Below the pieces are notes generated by a model. That model ran no database searches, was not told the origin of the DNA, and saw only the letters and a list, made by a program, of their open reading frames with translations. A stretch of 64,000 nt of DNA from Eukaryota sp. TZLM1-RC (lineage: Eukaryota > Protista > Metamonada: BaSk clade). The DNA is taken from assembly GCA_040285825.1 (NCBI GenBank), contig JAUPSS010000004.1:1426001-1490000 (forward strand). The letters are read 5' to 3'. Made by a program: the position numbers and the translations under genes. This document shows positions 45,732 to 58,892 of the stretch, one piece after another. Position 1 is the first letter of the stretch; every line of letters starts with the position of its first letter.

Positions 45732-47000
45732 CAGTGGCAGATACACTGTTTGATCAATTTTGCGTTTGTCATTATGAAGATAACAATTATTAATTTTTCT
45801 AATTTAATTTAAAAACCTGTATCACACTGTTCTTTGTAAAGAGGTTGAGGAAATAAACAGCGTTATTGCCATCTATGAAATTGATTTAGGGAAAAATAGT
45901 TTAATTTTTTAAACAAATTATTAAGAAGAAGTTTATCTTTATTTGGTCCAACCAAGATTCATTTGAACTAAGAACACATGTTGATTCTTCCAAACTATCA
46001 AATTATGTTTCAAAGGTAGTCAATAAGTATACTTTTTATATTAATAACCTTAATTATGATTTAGATTTCAAATCGCTTAAGAGTTTGACTTCTTGTTTTA
46101 TGGTTAATCGTGGTACACCTGCATCATCCATTGATAGATATAAATGAAAAGAAATATACTTGTCTAAATGTCATACTATGTCATTTTATATACGATGGAG
46201 TAATCAAATTATCTTTTCAATTTATCAAATTTGAATATTTAATTTAAGTATTTAAAAACCTTCAAGCTTTGAAACCTTAGAGCGTTAAACGGTTTTAGAT
46301 TTTAACAATTTTGAAAACATCATCAATTAATTTTTTTATGTAGATTTAAAATATCTTTCAAAATAAAAAACACTGACTTCCTTGACTATTGATTGTGGAT
46401 ATTCAACTACCGGATCGTTATTGATAATTATTGAATTAACCAATTAAAAACATCTAACTTACCACTCATATAATAGATATGATTTGGAGAAATTATTTGA
46501 ATTTAAGCAGGTATTAGAAGGAAATAAATGAATATATATTTTAGGTTTCAAAATGTCAAACACTGAAGAAAAAAATAAAGTTTTAATTTATTTAATTTTT
46601 ATATCCATTCAGGAAACAATACTTTATATTATGTTATTTAAAAAGCTAAAGATCAAAAATAGAATAATCGAAAACACAAGCATCTTGATCATCTATTTTC
46701 TGGCGAAAAGAGATCTTAAAACGATGAAAAAAATGAAATTTCTGTTTTTGACAGCTAAAATTGTGCCAAAATAAATAAAAATAAAATAAAATTTTATTTA
46801 TTTCTTCCGAATTCTGAATTTAATAAACAATCATTAGATATATCATTTCCTGCGTCTGACTTTAGTATTATAATCCCATTTATTGAATCTTTAAAAGAGT
46901 AATCATTTAATTATTTACTGTTTAGTTTTATTTGTCATTAGTGATATTCGACTGCTTAAAATTACGTCAGATCTAGATTGTATTTTATTCAAGCAAAATT
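45732..47000 (+). mobile_element. Possible highly degenerate DNA transposon remnant that truncates element 2
   Basis: Begins CAGTGGCAGAT where element 2 homology stops; the reverse complement ATCTGCCACTG occurs near 16354-16364; very AT-rich broken frames; weak support. Confidence 0.25.
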
Positions 47001-47009
47001 TCTTAAAAC

Positions 47010-49740
47010 TAGAAACTATTCAAACTTCACTTCCACTATTGAAAATTTGCCTTCAGCTGTTTTCAGAAAATCTTCCTAGTGATAACAAGGAGCTAAAAAC
47101 AAATCTATACATTCCATTAGAAATAAAAACATCAATTCTGCTTTGCCAAAAGGTTCGGTCTAATAATCTTCTAGTTCCATTTTTGAAATTAGATCAAAAG
47201 TCGTCCAAAAAAGATAATGCAATTTTACCCAAGGTTCCAAATAAAGAAAAAGCAATATGACAAAGAAGGTGTTGAGTATGTTGAGTTAGAATTCAAGTTA
47301 TTGATTATTTCTGTATACTTGATAATTTCGCTTCTTCAGCACTACGGATAGGTCAATTATGAGATGGTGCCAGTTTTTCATTTGAGGTGTTTATTACATC
47401 AGTAGATCTGACATCAATAACGATCATTGATCGATTAAGTCCGGGAACTAGCACATCGCCACAGCTGCCACCAAACAAATTTCTTTTTTTGACTATTTTT
47501 TTATTTTTTCCAATAAAAAACAAACTATACGACCAGCTTAAAATTTTATGTCTTCATAACCCCAGTCAGCCAAGAAGAATTGACTGGAGGTTTTTCTTTC
47601 GTAAACGCGTCCAAGAGTGACAAAGCTGAAGATAATAAGGGAACAACACCTTTGAAAATTGAAAATACAATTCTGTTTTGCCAAAAACTCTTGTCAAAAA
47701 CTCTTCCAGTACGCTGTTTCACAATTAAACAAAATCATCCAGAAAAGACAAAGCAAGAGGTCCAAGCGTCCCATGAAGGGAAACCGCAAATGGACAGATG
47801 ACATAATGAGTATGCGATTCTGCATTCAAGGATAACAATTTTGCTTTGTATTTGCTAATTTTGGCTTTTTCGGAAACAGTTAAGGGGTCCCTATATTTTG
47901 ATTGAGCCATCGGAATAAAAGAATCATTAAATACATCATTTGATCTCACATCTGCAATAATGGCAGTACCTCCAAGACCTTCAAGCATTAAATCACCTCT
48001 ATTTCGACCAAACAAATTCAAAGTATCTTCATCAACCAAACGAAAAAAGTAATACTTCTAAACAGGAAACAATTCTATGACATTTTGACAAACAATTGAG
48101 TTGATCTTTTACCGCATCATGAATTTTTGATCGGAAAGTAATAAAATGTTTACAATTGAAGAAATGATCTGGAAAAATTTTTGATCCACATTTATAAATC
48201 AAATTATGAGGCACGTTATCAGGCCAAATACAACAACGAAGGCGTATTGTACAAAAAAATTCGGTATCATATAAAAGAAGACCATAAATTTGAGGAATCT
48301 GAGTAAGTATACACGAAGAGGAATTGTTTTGGGCATCTAACAAAAAATTTTCGACAGGGGGATTATTTTTTTGGCCGAGCCAAGACGAACATTAAAATCC
48401 ATGCCTTCAAAAATTATTGTTAACTTTTGTTGCAATTTTGTAACAAAATACCTCAAATTAACTAGTGTTCTAGATGGTGTTTCCTGTACGTTGTCGGGAA
48501 AATATTTACTCCAAATCTCAGAGGGCAAACAATCGAGAGCATTTTGTAGGTCTCTAAGAAAGGTATTGCTTGTAAAATTTAGTATATAAATATCATTGGG
48601 AACACGGTTGAAAAATTCAAAAACAAAATTTTTCCTTCCACCAAGAAAAGCTCCACCAAAAGAATTTCTGTCAGATTCATCAGCCAAATTTGCAAGCAAA
48701 GGTTCTAAAAAAGATTCAATCTTGTAGGACTTAAACATACAATAAAGCTGATCACAAACTGCATCATGCACTTTTGATCTAAAAGTAATAAACCATTACA
48801 ATTCAATAAATGGGTTGGAGTGACAGTCTTTCCACATTTACAAATTAATCCATGTGGAAGATTATCAGTCCAAATAAAAGATCGGAGACCCGTAGATAAT
48901 AAAAAGCAAGGGTTATTGAGAAACAAATCATAAATTCTTGGTAATTGATTCATAGAACTATCAAAAACAACCGGTGAAAAATTTGCAAAAGAGGGATTGT
49001 TTTGCTTGGTCACGCCATGACGTCCTTCATAATCCAAGCCTTCAAATATTACTGTCAGTTTTTGTTGAATCTTCTTCACACAATACCTTAAATTAACTAA
49101 ATTTCGTGGAGGAATCTCTTGAACTGAGTCGGGAAAAGATTGACACCAATTTTCTGGTGCAATTTTATCACTAGCAACATCAAGTTCATACAAATGTTTG
49201 GACAATGACTGATTAAGCAAAGCAAATGATTGTCATCAGGGAGATGATTAGGAAAATTCGAAATAAAAAACCAAGATTTTTGCCAACAAAAGCTGCGTGA
49301 CAAAAAATTGAAAATTTAGTAAAGCCAACACCACCAAATTGTGAAGATGAGAACAAGTGGGCACGAATTAGCTCAGGATTCACTTTTAATAGGGAAGCAA
49401 AAATAGTTGCACGGGTTGATTAAGTTTTCGGCAAAAATCGAGAAAAAAGGTGCCGTCGACGTCATTAAGTGCATATTTTTTCCGAAGCAAATTTTCAAAA
49501 TAATAAATTTGATAAGTTTTTCTATTTTAAATTCTGAAATTCAGTAAAGCTCAGTACCAAAATTTAGCAACAATTTCATCAAGATTTCAAGTTATTTCAT
49601 CAACATTTCCTAACCAACAACTTAAAAAAAACTTTTTGTGAATAATTGGTAAACGGAATTTGGCAATTAATAATTTTAAACTCCTTGGAATCATTACCAA
49701 TTAATAAACATTTTTTGGGATTCAAGTGAAAATGATCTTT
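47010..49740 (-). mobile_element. Cluster of at least three co-oriented nested/tandem CRE-like fragments
   Basis: Repeated RGDL...DV...K..KY...PF RLE and C-x-C...H...C...HDAV knuckle motifs at 47010-47470, 47560-48660 and 48660-49740. Confidence 0.8.
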
Positions 49741-50149
49741 ATAGTAATATATGCAGCTCATAAACTATCACCATTCAGTAAGTTCTGGGTTAGCGGCTCT
49801 CAATTTATCCATTTCCGTGTTCTTGAATGCTTTTCGCTCTTGTTCCTTAGTATATTTGTCAAAACACGAGCCTGTGGTGCAACTTTTACTTGGAAGATAA
49901 AGTGATGAGTTGAGGCAAAATTCAAGATCTAGGTCTTAAGCGTTTCCGTAGTTCCAAAGCCGAAGTTTGAAGGGATTTTGTACACCACGTGGAAGTATTT
50001 GTGCTCAGGGTAGTGAAAGACCTGTATATTTGCAAAGAGCAAAGTCTGAAGAGGAAGGTGGTAAGAAGAATCATTATAGTAAAAGAAAAGCTACCCCAAG
50101 ATGATAAGAAATCAGTCTTTCTACATCGGCAGAGAGACCACTTTCATAG

Positions 50150-52105
50150 TTCTTTATCAAACTATGACAAACCCTATATCTGTGCACATTGTGAAAAGCC
50201 ACTTGTGAAGAAACATATTCAAAAACAAAGTTTATTAAAAATCCATGTTGGAAATGAATTTTCACACAATGACATCATCAAAAATTCAATATAAACAAAA
50301 AAATTTTTAAAAATAGATTTAACGGTAACGAGCTGCTTTTGACATTTGAAGGAAAAAATAATGATTGAGAAAACACAATTAAACCAAACGAATTGCCGAA
50401 AAGGAAAAGAAGAACAAAAAAAGACATAAAGACCGACCCTGATAAAAACAAAATTAATGTTTTGTTGAATAAATGTACTAAAAAATAATTTGTCGAAGAC
50501 GCAGGCAATCACTCGAAATAATATCTGATAGGCCTCTCATCGGCGTTGATCTGGGCCAATCTAGGTAAAGTGGTTATTTCTTAAACGATATCCAATGTGA
50601 AGTTATCCCTTGTCCAACAAGGTTGAGATTGATTTATAGACTATTTTAAAAGAAACTAATGTTTCGGTCTGGACAAATTCATGCTTAAAGAAGGTCATAT
50701 CACATCACAGCAGCGGAAAGACTCATGAAACTTGTAATTCTTAAACAATTTGTCCATTTTTACGAAAATCATTCTAAGATGAAGTAGACCACTTCTAATG
50801 GTGGACTATATGAAGATGGTACTCTGTTCTGGCGAGGAAGAGAACATCAGGCTATACGGAAGGAATATTCCAAGGACTGCAGTGATTCACTAGTCAACAG
50901 AATGTTACTTAGAGTGTTCAATCCGAAAAAGTGAGTTACGACAGCAACTAGTAGTTTTGGTGTCAAATCAGCCCTTTTAGACAGTTCCCCGAGACTGAAA
51001 AATTGATGTGTGAAGTCCACAATGTTTGTGAAAGAAATGAACCCTTAGCCCAACCCGAAGAAGTAGTTTAGAGTTGGACAAAGATCGACTCGAAATTTCG
51101 AGTTGCGACTTCACTCGAACTTGACTCCAGTTGAGTCCAGTTCAAGTCGAGTTCAAGTTGTGATTTTTCCAGACTCGAGTTCGAGTTGAGTTCGAGTTTT
51201 AGTAGACTCGAAATCTGGTATCAAATTTAGTTTTTTTTCAATGCATTTTCCCTGGAATAAAAGAGGTTCACTTAGACACCGTCTTGATAAGCTTTTTGAG
51301 GGTTTTATTACAGTGTTCGAGTTGAGTTCGAGTTTTGCCCAACTCTAAAGTAGTTGTTGATTCTGTTCTTGAACACTACATCAATTTCAATCTGAATAAT
51401 TCAAGAGAAAGATTCTTTTTATTAAATGCATGTAATTTTATCTTGAATCTCCTTTAAAAATTTCCTCCCACTGCTTTCTCTACTGTCTTCACATGATAGA
51501 ATCACCTTTTCATCAAAGGAAATTGGTGAGGTTTTTCTCTTTAGACTTAAACTTTCACAATACTTACTCACTTTCGTTTCTCATATGCATTGCTGGAAGA
51601 AATTTAGAATAATACCGTTAGCTTCTCATAAAAGTTCTAAATTTTTTGAGGTTCCTTGTCATGTTTTCCACTGTGTGAAAAAATTTCCGCTTATTGAAGT
51701 TTCATCTTCCAAAACAAAGTTTATCAAAAATACATGTCTGAAACGAGTATTCAAACAATGTCCTTACCAAAAAATTAATATCAACAGAAAATGTTTGAAA
51801 AAAAGATTTGAAATTTTTTTATTGGTAATGGTAATGAACTGCTTTTGACCTTTGAATGTAAAAATAATGAATCAGAAAGCACAGATAAGCTGAATGAACC
51901 ACCGAAAAAGAAACGAAGATTGAAAAAAGAAATAAAAAGTGACCCCGATGCCAACAAAACCAGAGAAACACAGTTGAAGGGCACTAAAAAAATGTCCCGT
52001 CAAAATTGTACCTGAAAGGCTTCTTATTGGCATTGATCTGGGCCAATCTAGATTATGTGGTTACTTCTTAAATGATAACCAATGTGATTTATACCTTGTC
52101 CAACT
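50150..52105 (+). repeat. Two diverged copies (50150-50620, 51650-52105) of a decayed coding segment
   Basis: Both read ...KTDPD...LIG(V/I)DLGQSR..GYFLND.QC; the first has an upstream CAHC. Confidence 0.6.
51069..51347. mobile_element. Non-autonomous hAT-type MITE, 279 bp
   Basis: TIRs TAGAGTTGGACAAA / TTTGCCCAACTCTA, perfect 8-bp TSD AAGTAGTT (51061-51068, 51348-51355), many subterminal TCGAGT motifs. Confidence 0.9.
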
Positions 52106-52199
52106 GGCAGAAGATACATGACAAAACCTTCACCCAGTGAACACCCTCCCAACCAATATTCCGTTCAAAATTACAACCAATTTTTGAACAATTGGAATT

Positions 52200-54280
52200 T
52201 GTTTAGGAGTAAAGTGTACTTGGAAAGTAGTCGTCAGAAATGAAAAATTTAAATTTGATAACCGCAGATAAAAAGAGAGACGGTTCAGAGAGAGCCTCCA
52301 CAAACATCAAAGGCTGCTTAGACATCTTGAAAAACTCAACTTTGCTATGAGTTCAGCTGATTTCCCTTCTGACAGCCGAAAAATCAATTCGAACGCATTT
52401 TGAACTACAGTTCACAATTACTGCTTCAACCTCACTAACATAGCTGATGACCTTCAGTTAGTTTCAAAACTGAATGCACTTTTAGAACAAGATTTCATCG
52501 AAACATCAAAAAGGGAGAGGAAGTTTGTGCACCCAGCCTCAGATCTCACTTATGAGTACTTTCCGAAAAACAGTCAGGACGGAGAACCCTGCAACAAAAC
52601 GGACCTGATTAACCCATGCCAATAATATTGTCACAACATTTTAAGCAAAGGTGCTCGCTTCTAACATTAACAAACAAGACTACGAAAGAGAAGGAATTGG
52701 CTCAAAGTGGAATTCTCACTGTGACTCCGGAAGATCTTAAAGACTCTAACCCAAGTCTCATTGCAGCCGATGATGTATGGGAAAGATGGACTGAACTCTG
52801 CTCATCAGGTAAGTCAGAGTGTACAAGACATCTAGGAGAACTCGATGCTTTGTTTTCAACAACAACTAATTCCATACTTATGGAAGAAACTTTGGCAGAA
52901 CACGACCTTACTGCACAGTTTCTTTCCATTGTAATACCATTGTAGAGTCTATTACCAAAGGACTAACAAAAGATTACCAACAAGAAGTAACTTATGTTCC
53001 AAGAATGTTAACCCATTCCAGCTTTTTTTTGATTCAGAAAACTTTAACTATAGTGTTTCCTTAAACCCCTTTTCAAAAATAAACCCCTCTGAATATTGGA
53101 ATATATCATTATTCTGACCATATTTTCCTGGACTCCGCTCCTTTGTAGAAACCATTAATTTGATTGGCTTCCCGCTGTTAGTGCTAAACTTGCACCATTA
53201 ACAGAATTAATGAAAGGTATCCTGAACAGAATCTCACTGAAGGAAACCCAGAAAAGAAATTTTCGAAATATTATGAAGATGATTATAAAAAGTACTCCAC
53301 TTGAGCTCCCTGATGCAAACTCTGATATACTTGTATTTACCGATACCTCTGAGAAAGGCATAGCCGGACTTATTTGGAAAGACTTAACCCCATCTGAACC
53401 TGGAACTTGCTTATCTAAACGTCATGTAGCACCTATCTTGTTTTATTCCAGAATCGCAACTCCTGCTCAACAACATTGGTCCACGATGCAAAAAGAACTA
53501 TTTGCCATCGTTATGACTCTTAACCAACCGAATGTATCATCTTTCCTGCAAACGAAACATTTAACGTTATTCTGCGATCATAAGCACTTGTCAGGCGTCC
53601 ATGTAGATAGACCAAGTAATAATTGGGATGATAAACCGGAAAAGAAGAAAAGAAAGACCAAAATACTAAAGCAAATCTCAAAGGGGAAGATTTTTGCATT
53701 TCACTTCATGAAGACAACAGAAGACATTATCATTCTGAAAAACACAAAGGCTTACCCGCTAGTCTTCGAAAAGCTTCCGCTTTAGTGAAGGCTTCCTACA
53801 ACATTTCACGCTATTTTGGATATCTTTGATGGTCAAGCCATTATCTTATGGTCTGATGGAACTAAAACGACCCAGCCAAAAGCTACAGTCAAGAAAACTA
53901 CTGCTTATCAAAGTTATATGAAAATGATGAATTTCGACAAGCCCCGAAGAAGAGGCAGACGGAAGAAGAGGTAGTGTAGACTTTAAAACAAATTAACAAC
54001 AAAGACACAGAAACATGTAGACATTACAGACACATGTAATCGGATCTTTCTTGACCATAATCAACATCAAACAGTTAAAAACTGAATAATTAATGATTAC
54101 TCAGTCGTTTTGTGTTTATGAATAGAGACTCTAAATAAAGAGAATTACTCCCAATATTTGGTAGAGACACTTTTGAAAGTTGTGAATAACTAAACTATGA
54201 CTGGGAAAAAACATGTTGTTGGAATAATGAATTAACATTGAAAATCAAACAATTCGTAAAAACTACAGAAAAATCAAATT
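52200..54280 (+). mobile_element. Internally deleted LTR retrotransposon remnant (family 4): gag-like piece, RNase H, chromodomain, PPT, 3' LTR from 53975
   Basis: INLIGFP/LAPLTELMK, TDTSEKGIAG...KELFA, AILDIFDGQAIILWSDG chromodomain, GGAAGAAGAGGTAG|TGTAGAC junction; LTR end not defined. Confidence 0.75.
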
Positions 54281-54450
54281 TCCAAAAGTTAATCAAATAA
54301 GTAAAAGTTATTTCATTGAATTTTGGAAAAAAAATAAAACAAAAATAATTAGAATGTCATCACAAAATGCGAAAAGAATGCAAATTAAGTTTGAACAACA
54401 GCAATTACTTGGAAATTTTCCAATAAAAACCCAATTTTGCTAGATTAACA

Positions 54451-55785
54451 ATGAATTCAAAAATTGGATTAAGTTTAAATTTACCAAAAACAAAGATTTT
54501 TCAAAATAATGAGAATTTCATGTGTTTAGGTAGTCCGATTGGTACAAATGAATATGAAAGTCAGTTCTTTGATGATAAAATAAGGAATGACCTTATCCCC
54601 AAATTAAATTTACTAAAGGAACTACCAATTCAGAATCAATAATTACTTTTTAAGTATTGCATTAATTCTATTTTGATGTATTGGGCTTGTACCATTCCAA
54701 TTGACAATACAGTTCTTGGTTTTCATCTAGAGAAAGCTGAATTTTTTAATTCTTTTAATCTTATTAGTTTCCAAGAAATTAAATTTAAAAGTTTATTTTT
54801 TATTCCTTTGGAGTAGAGTGGACTAGGTTTTCAAGACCTTTCAGTTGTAGCTAACATTGCTTATTCATGTTCACTATATTCTTCTGTCAAAGATTTCAAT
54901 TTGCTGCATTTTGTCACAAATTCCGACTTAGACCTCATCTATTCTACTTTAAATCCACAATTTGTAGGATATGAGTCTATTTGGGATGAAGACATAATAA
55001 TTTCTCAATCAAAATTAACAAAGGAATTTTATAAAAATGAAATGAATTCTCTTCAAAAAACAATGTCTGATATGGAAAAATTACAATTAGAAGCTAATTG
55101 TTCTGAACTTTCAGGTAGTTTTTGGAATGCATTACCTTTTAATGCAAATTTCACTTTTTCTGATGAATTCATGTCTTATTTTCTGAATCTTCGATTAATT
55201 TTTAATATTTTTTATCATCAGTGTCCCAGATGTGGGACATACAAATCTCGGTTTAGACCATAGTTTTCAATGTAAAGGTGTTTCACGATGCATTAAAAAC
55301 AGACATGATGAAGTCAGAGATTATTTATTAAATATCTCCAAATATGAAAAGGAAAAGGAATTTGAAATTGGTTTGAAAAAATTTTATTTAGATTTATTTG
55401 ATCCCAAAACCAAAATTGCGTTTGATATTACAATAGTTGGTGGTTTTGGAAATAAATGGCAAGATGCTTACTCTCAAGCGTTTTCTACTAAAATAAGGAA
55501 ATACAGTATTCTAAAAGAATACAATTTATTTTCAGAAATTGTTCCTTTAGTATTTAATGTCCATGGGGGTTGGTACAACAAAATTAAAGAAACATTTAAA
55601 CGTTTTGGTTGGATTGAGCTTTGTAGTGAAATTAGTTGTATAATTCAGAAAAATAGTTTTAGATGTAATCAAGCATTTAATTCTATTCTTCAAAGAATTC
55701 ATGAAGCTCGTAGGTTTTGGTAGTTTATGTTGTTTTATTATTTACTTTTATAGTCTTTTCGTTCTTTTTTTAGAAATTCAATAAA
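54451..55785 (+). mobile_element. 5'-truncated CRE-clade non-LTR retrotransposon of a third family
   Basis: GLSLNLPKT, LGSPIG, SGLGF, WNALP, CPRCG...H..QC...RHDEV, D...FDITIV...KIRKY...PLVFNVHGGW; stops and a frameshift. Confidence 0.85.
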
Positions 55786-56164
55786 GACCTAATCATACCA
55801 ATGACCATTCAATCAATCATACCATTGACTACTGAAATTACCATAGCAAAGACTTTAACACCACAATTGTTATAATAATTGCCCCAAAATGGACTTTAAA
55901 GATTTAACCAATGATTGTAATAAACAACTATTGGTCAATGTACGAAACTAAGAACTTCATATGAGCCTCAGTAAATCGTATCAAAACGATACTCTTACAC
56001 TTACAGCAGTGATTGTATTAGTTTGCAACATTCAATTATATACTTTTTGATTTTTTACTATTTTTACTATTTAATGGTTAAAAACTAATACACTCAATTA
56101 ATTCAAATATATACAAAATCAATTGAAAATGTAATCATGAGTTTGTACTGATCAAGTATGTACT

Positions 56165-58651
56165 GTGGATTATTTCACTTTCCAAACTTCGTTATCTGAT
56201 TGTGAGATGCCCGACACTCCTGGTGCATTCGTAAATATTACCCCTGAACAACTTGAGCTTCTCTATCAACTGATTAAGAAACCTCACTTTGGATTTGCGA
56301 TTGCACAAACATCAGGCACATCCACTGCTTCATCTTTTAGACAGCTATTAAACATTGTATCTCGGCACTTTTTGGACACTGAAACTCCATGAGGGGAAAT
56401 TTTAAGTGACTCTGAGTTACTTCTGCTCTGTGGTTCAGACGTTAGATGTAAAGTGGTGCTATAGAGACCAGATCCAATATCAACATCAGCCACCATATCG
56501 AACGATCCACTTTGGAGATATCCACACATCAAAGATAAATCTCCATATCATTCCTTGCTCAATTGTATTCATGAACTACAAGCAAATCAAGAACTGCTCA
56601 GCATGTATCATTCAAACGTGGTACCCTTTATTGGTTCAACCGGTGTTGGTAGGTTTTTAATCTATACTTATTCGAGGTAAGACTCGCACACTGTTAGAGA
56701 TTTGTAGGAAAGAGATGGGCAATGGTTGTGTCACCACTTATGCTGCTTTTCGAAGAATTGATTTAGATGTAGTACTGACGTCTTGACCTTTATCTTCACA
56801 GAATTTGCTTCATTGGTTTCGCAGTGTTCTTGAAATGTCTTCCAGATTTTCATTCCCAATTGAAGATCTGTCTGTACCTCTTTGCCAAGTTTTTATAGTT
56901 TCTATATTCGAAGCAGGAACTATTCCCGGTCCAACTGAAACATGTGAAAGTTGGTTAAATTATCACGAATCACTTTCTTCTATCTGCTCTCACAATTGGG
57001 AAAAAGTTTCCAAGCAGTTTTCCAATAATTCTGATTGTTCATTTAGTAGAATGACTGACTTCGTTGTTGATAATTTTGCTCTTTCAGAAATTCAGTCGCC
57101 AAAGTATCTTTTACTGATGGATGAAGTCGGTAGCCTCGTTAAACTCCATATTAATCAATTACCAACTTGGAATTTATATAGAGCTTTTCGTCATACCGCC
57201 AGAAATCTTTTTACATTACTAATTCGAAAAAATTGTCATTTTGTTGTTGTTGTTGTTTCTGGAACTCATACATCTCTTTCGTTTCTATAACGTTTGAGTT
57301 TCTATCATTTCACCTCACGTGAAACGGGCAACCGACCAGAAGCTCTCCCATCATATGCAATCACCCAAGTTCTTCAAGGTGCTACTATTCCCGCTGTTCC
57401 TGTCACTCTGCAGCAATTACATCCTCGACGCATTTTGGAAGGAAAGATTGAGATTAAAAGAAGTGATATATTTGATGATCTTCCACTTGATTTGGCTTTA
57501 TCCTTCAGACCACTTTGGATTAGTTACTATGCTGTTGATAAAATAAACTGGCTTCGTAATGTTTATAACAAGGTGGATTCTGCTCTCACCTTGTTTGGTA
57601 AAAAGTTTCCACAATTCTCGGTTCATGATGGTCCCTGTATTGCTGCCTGATTATTGATTTGCGGATCTGTTACCTCTATTCCTGAGGTATTCTCAGCCTC
57701 CTTGTGGAATGTTCCTTTGGGAATATTGAGGCGAAGCAGTATCAAGGTATTGGTAATTCTGATCTTCTTTTTTCTTTCTCGTCCAGTTTTAGATCCCTTG
57801 GTTTTTGCATCTTGTTGGGCCAAAGTTCTCAGTACTGTTGAGGAAGATTCTAATCTTTTTGATTCCAGTTAGAGGCAGTGTCTAAGATAATGTTGTTTAG
57901 TGGAATGGATTCCACTGCTTTGGATCATATTTTTGAATCATTATCTACTTGCGCCTTCCTAAGGTTGATTGCATCAAAACGTCCAAAGGTTAGTACATAA
58001 CCCGTGCGATTAAATAATGCTCCACTGAAAGAGGTACTTTGTTCAGAACTAGTCAATTCCTTTGCATTTCCTGACCCTCAGCATTGTAGTTTTAATTCCT
58101 TGTATAATTGGTGTATCAATGCTGATTGCCTTCTTCCTTTTCCACACCCTTGAAAATCTGGTCATGTAGATAAGCTGAAGAGAAAAGAGTCAGATACTAG
58201 ACTTTATTTTGAAAAAGCCCTTAAGACATGGTGGACTCTGCGACACGCTTTTATTATGCCCCCTAGCTGGCCGAATGTGGATGTCATAGTTCCAATTGAA
58301 AGTTCTGCAGGAGAGTTAGGAATGCTGAAGATTCAAATCAAGTCCCATAAGCCGCGTTCTTTGTTGTCAGATTGTGCTAAATTCCAAGTGCCGGGAATCA
58401 AATCGGTCTCTCTAGGTATAAGTCGAATTGGTGTCAAAGGAATTGCTAATCCTGCATCATTTCGCATTTCCAATGACTGTGGTTTTGTGTTTTGTGTAGA
58501 GAATTTTAAGCGGTTTCGTTCTATTTTTGATTATTTGTATGATTTTCATAAGGGAAACAAAGCAAAAAATGTGAACTTTGTCCAAGAAGAGATCCATATT
58601 GACCTCATCACCAAACTCCAAATATATGAGAGAGTGAAAGATAAGTGTTAA
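56165..58651 (+). pseudogene. Crinkler-type P-loop NTPase plus PD-(D/E)xK restriction-like nuclease pseudogene; 28-nt intron at 56649-56676
   Basis: The spliced Walker A reads IGSTGVG|KTR, Walker B LLLMDEVG, VVVSGT sensor, C-terminal MPPSWPNVDVIVPI...IQIK; several in-frame TGA/TAA and a frameshift. Confidence 0.7.
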
Positions 58652-58892
58652 TGGAGATGACTCTTTTTTGATGTCAACAACAAGTACATCAAAGAAGAAT
58701 AGTTGATAGAAGATAGTCACAATTCTTTACGAGTGTTGTAAGAATCAAAGAAGATGGGCATGTAAGAAGGTTCTTGTAACTGTTATCACATACATTCAAG
58801 ACGCTCAGTGCTTCAGTCTTCCACTATGTGAGACCAAACGTAATGGATTCCAATCCTGGAAATTTGAGAATGAAGATACTTTATCTGCAACG

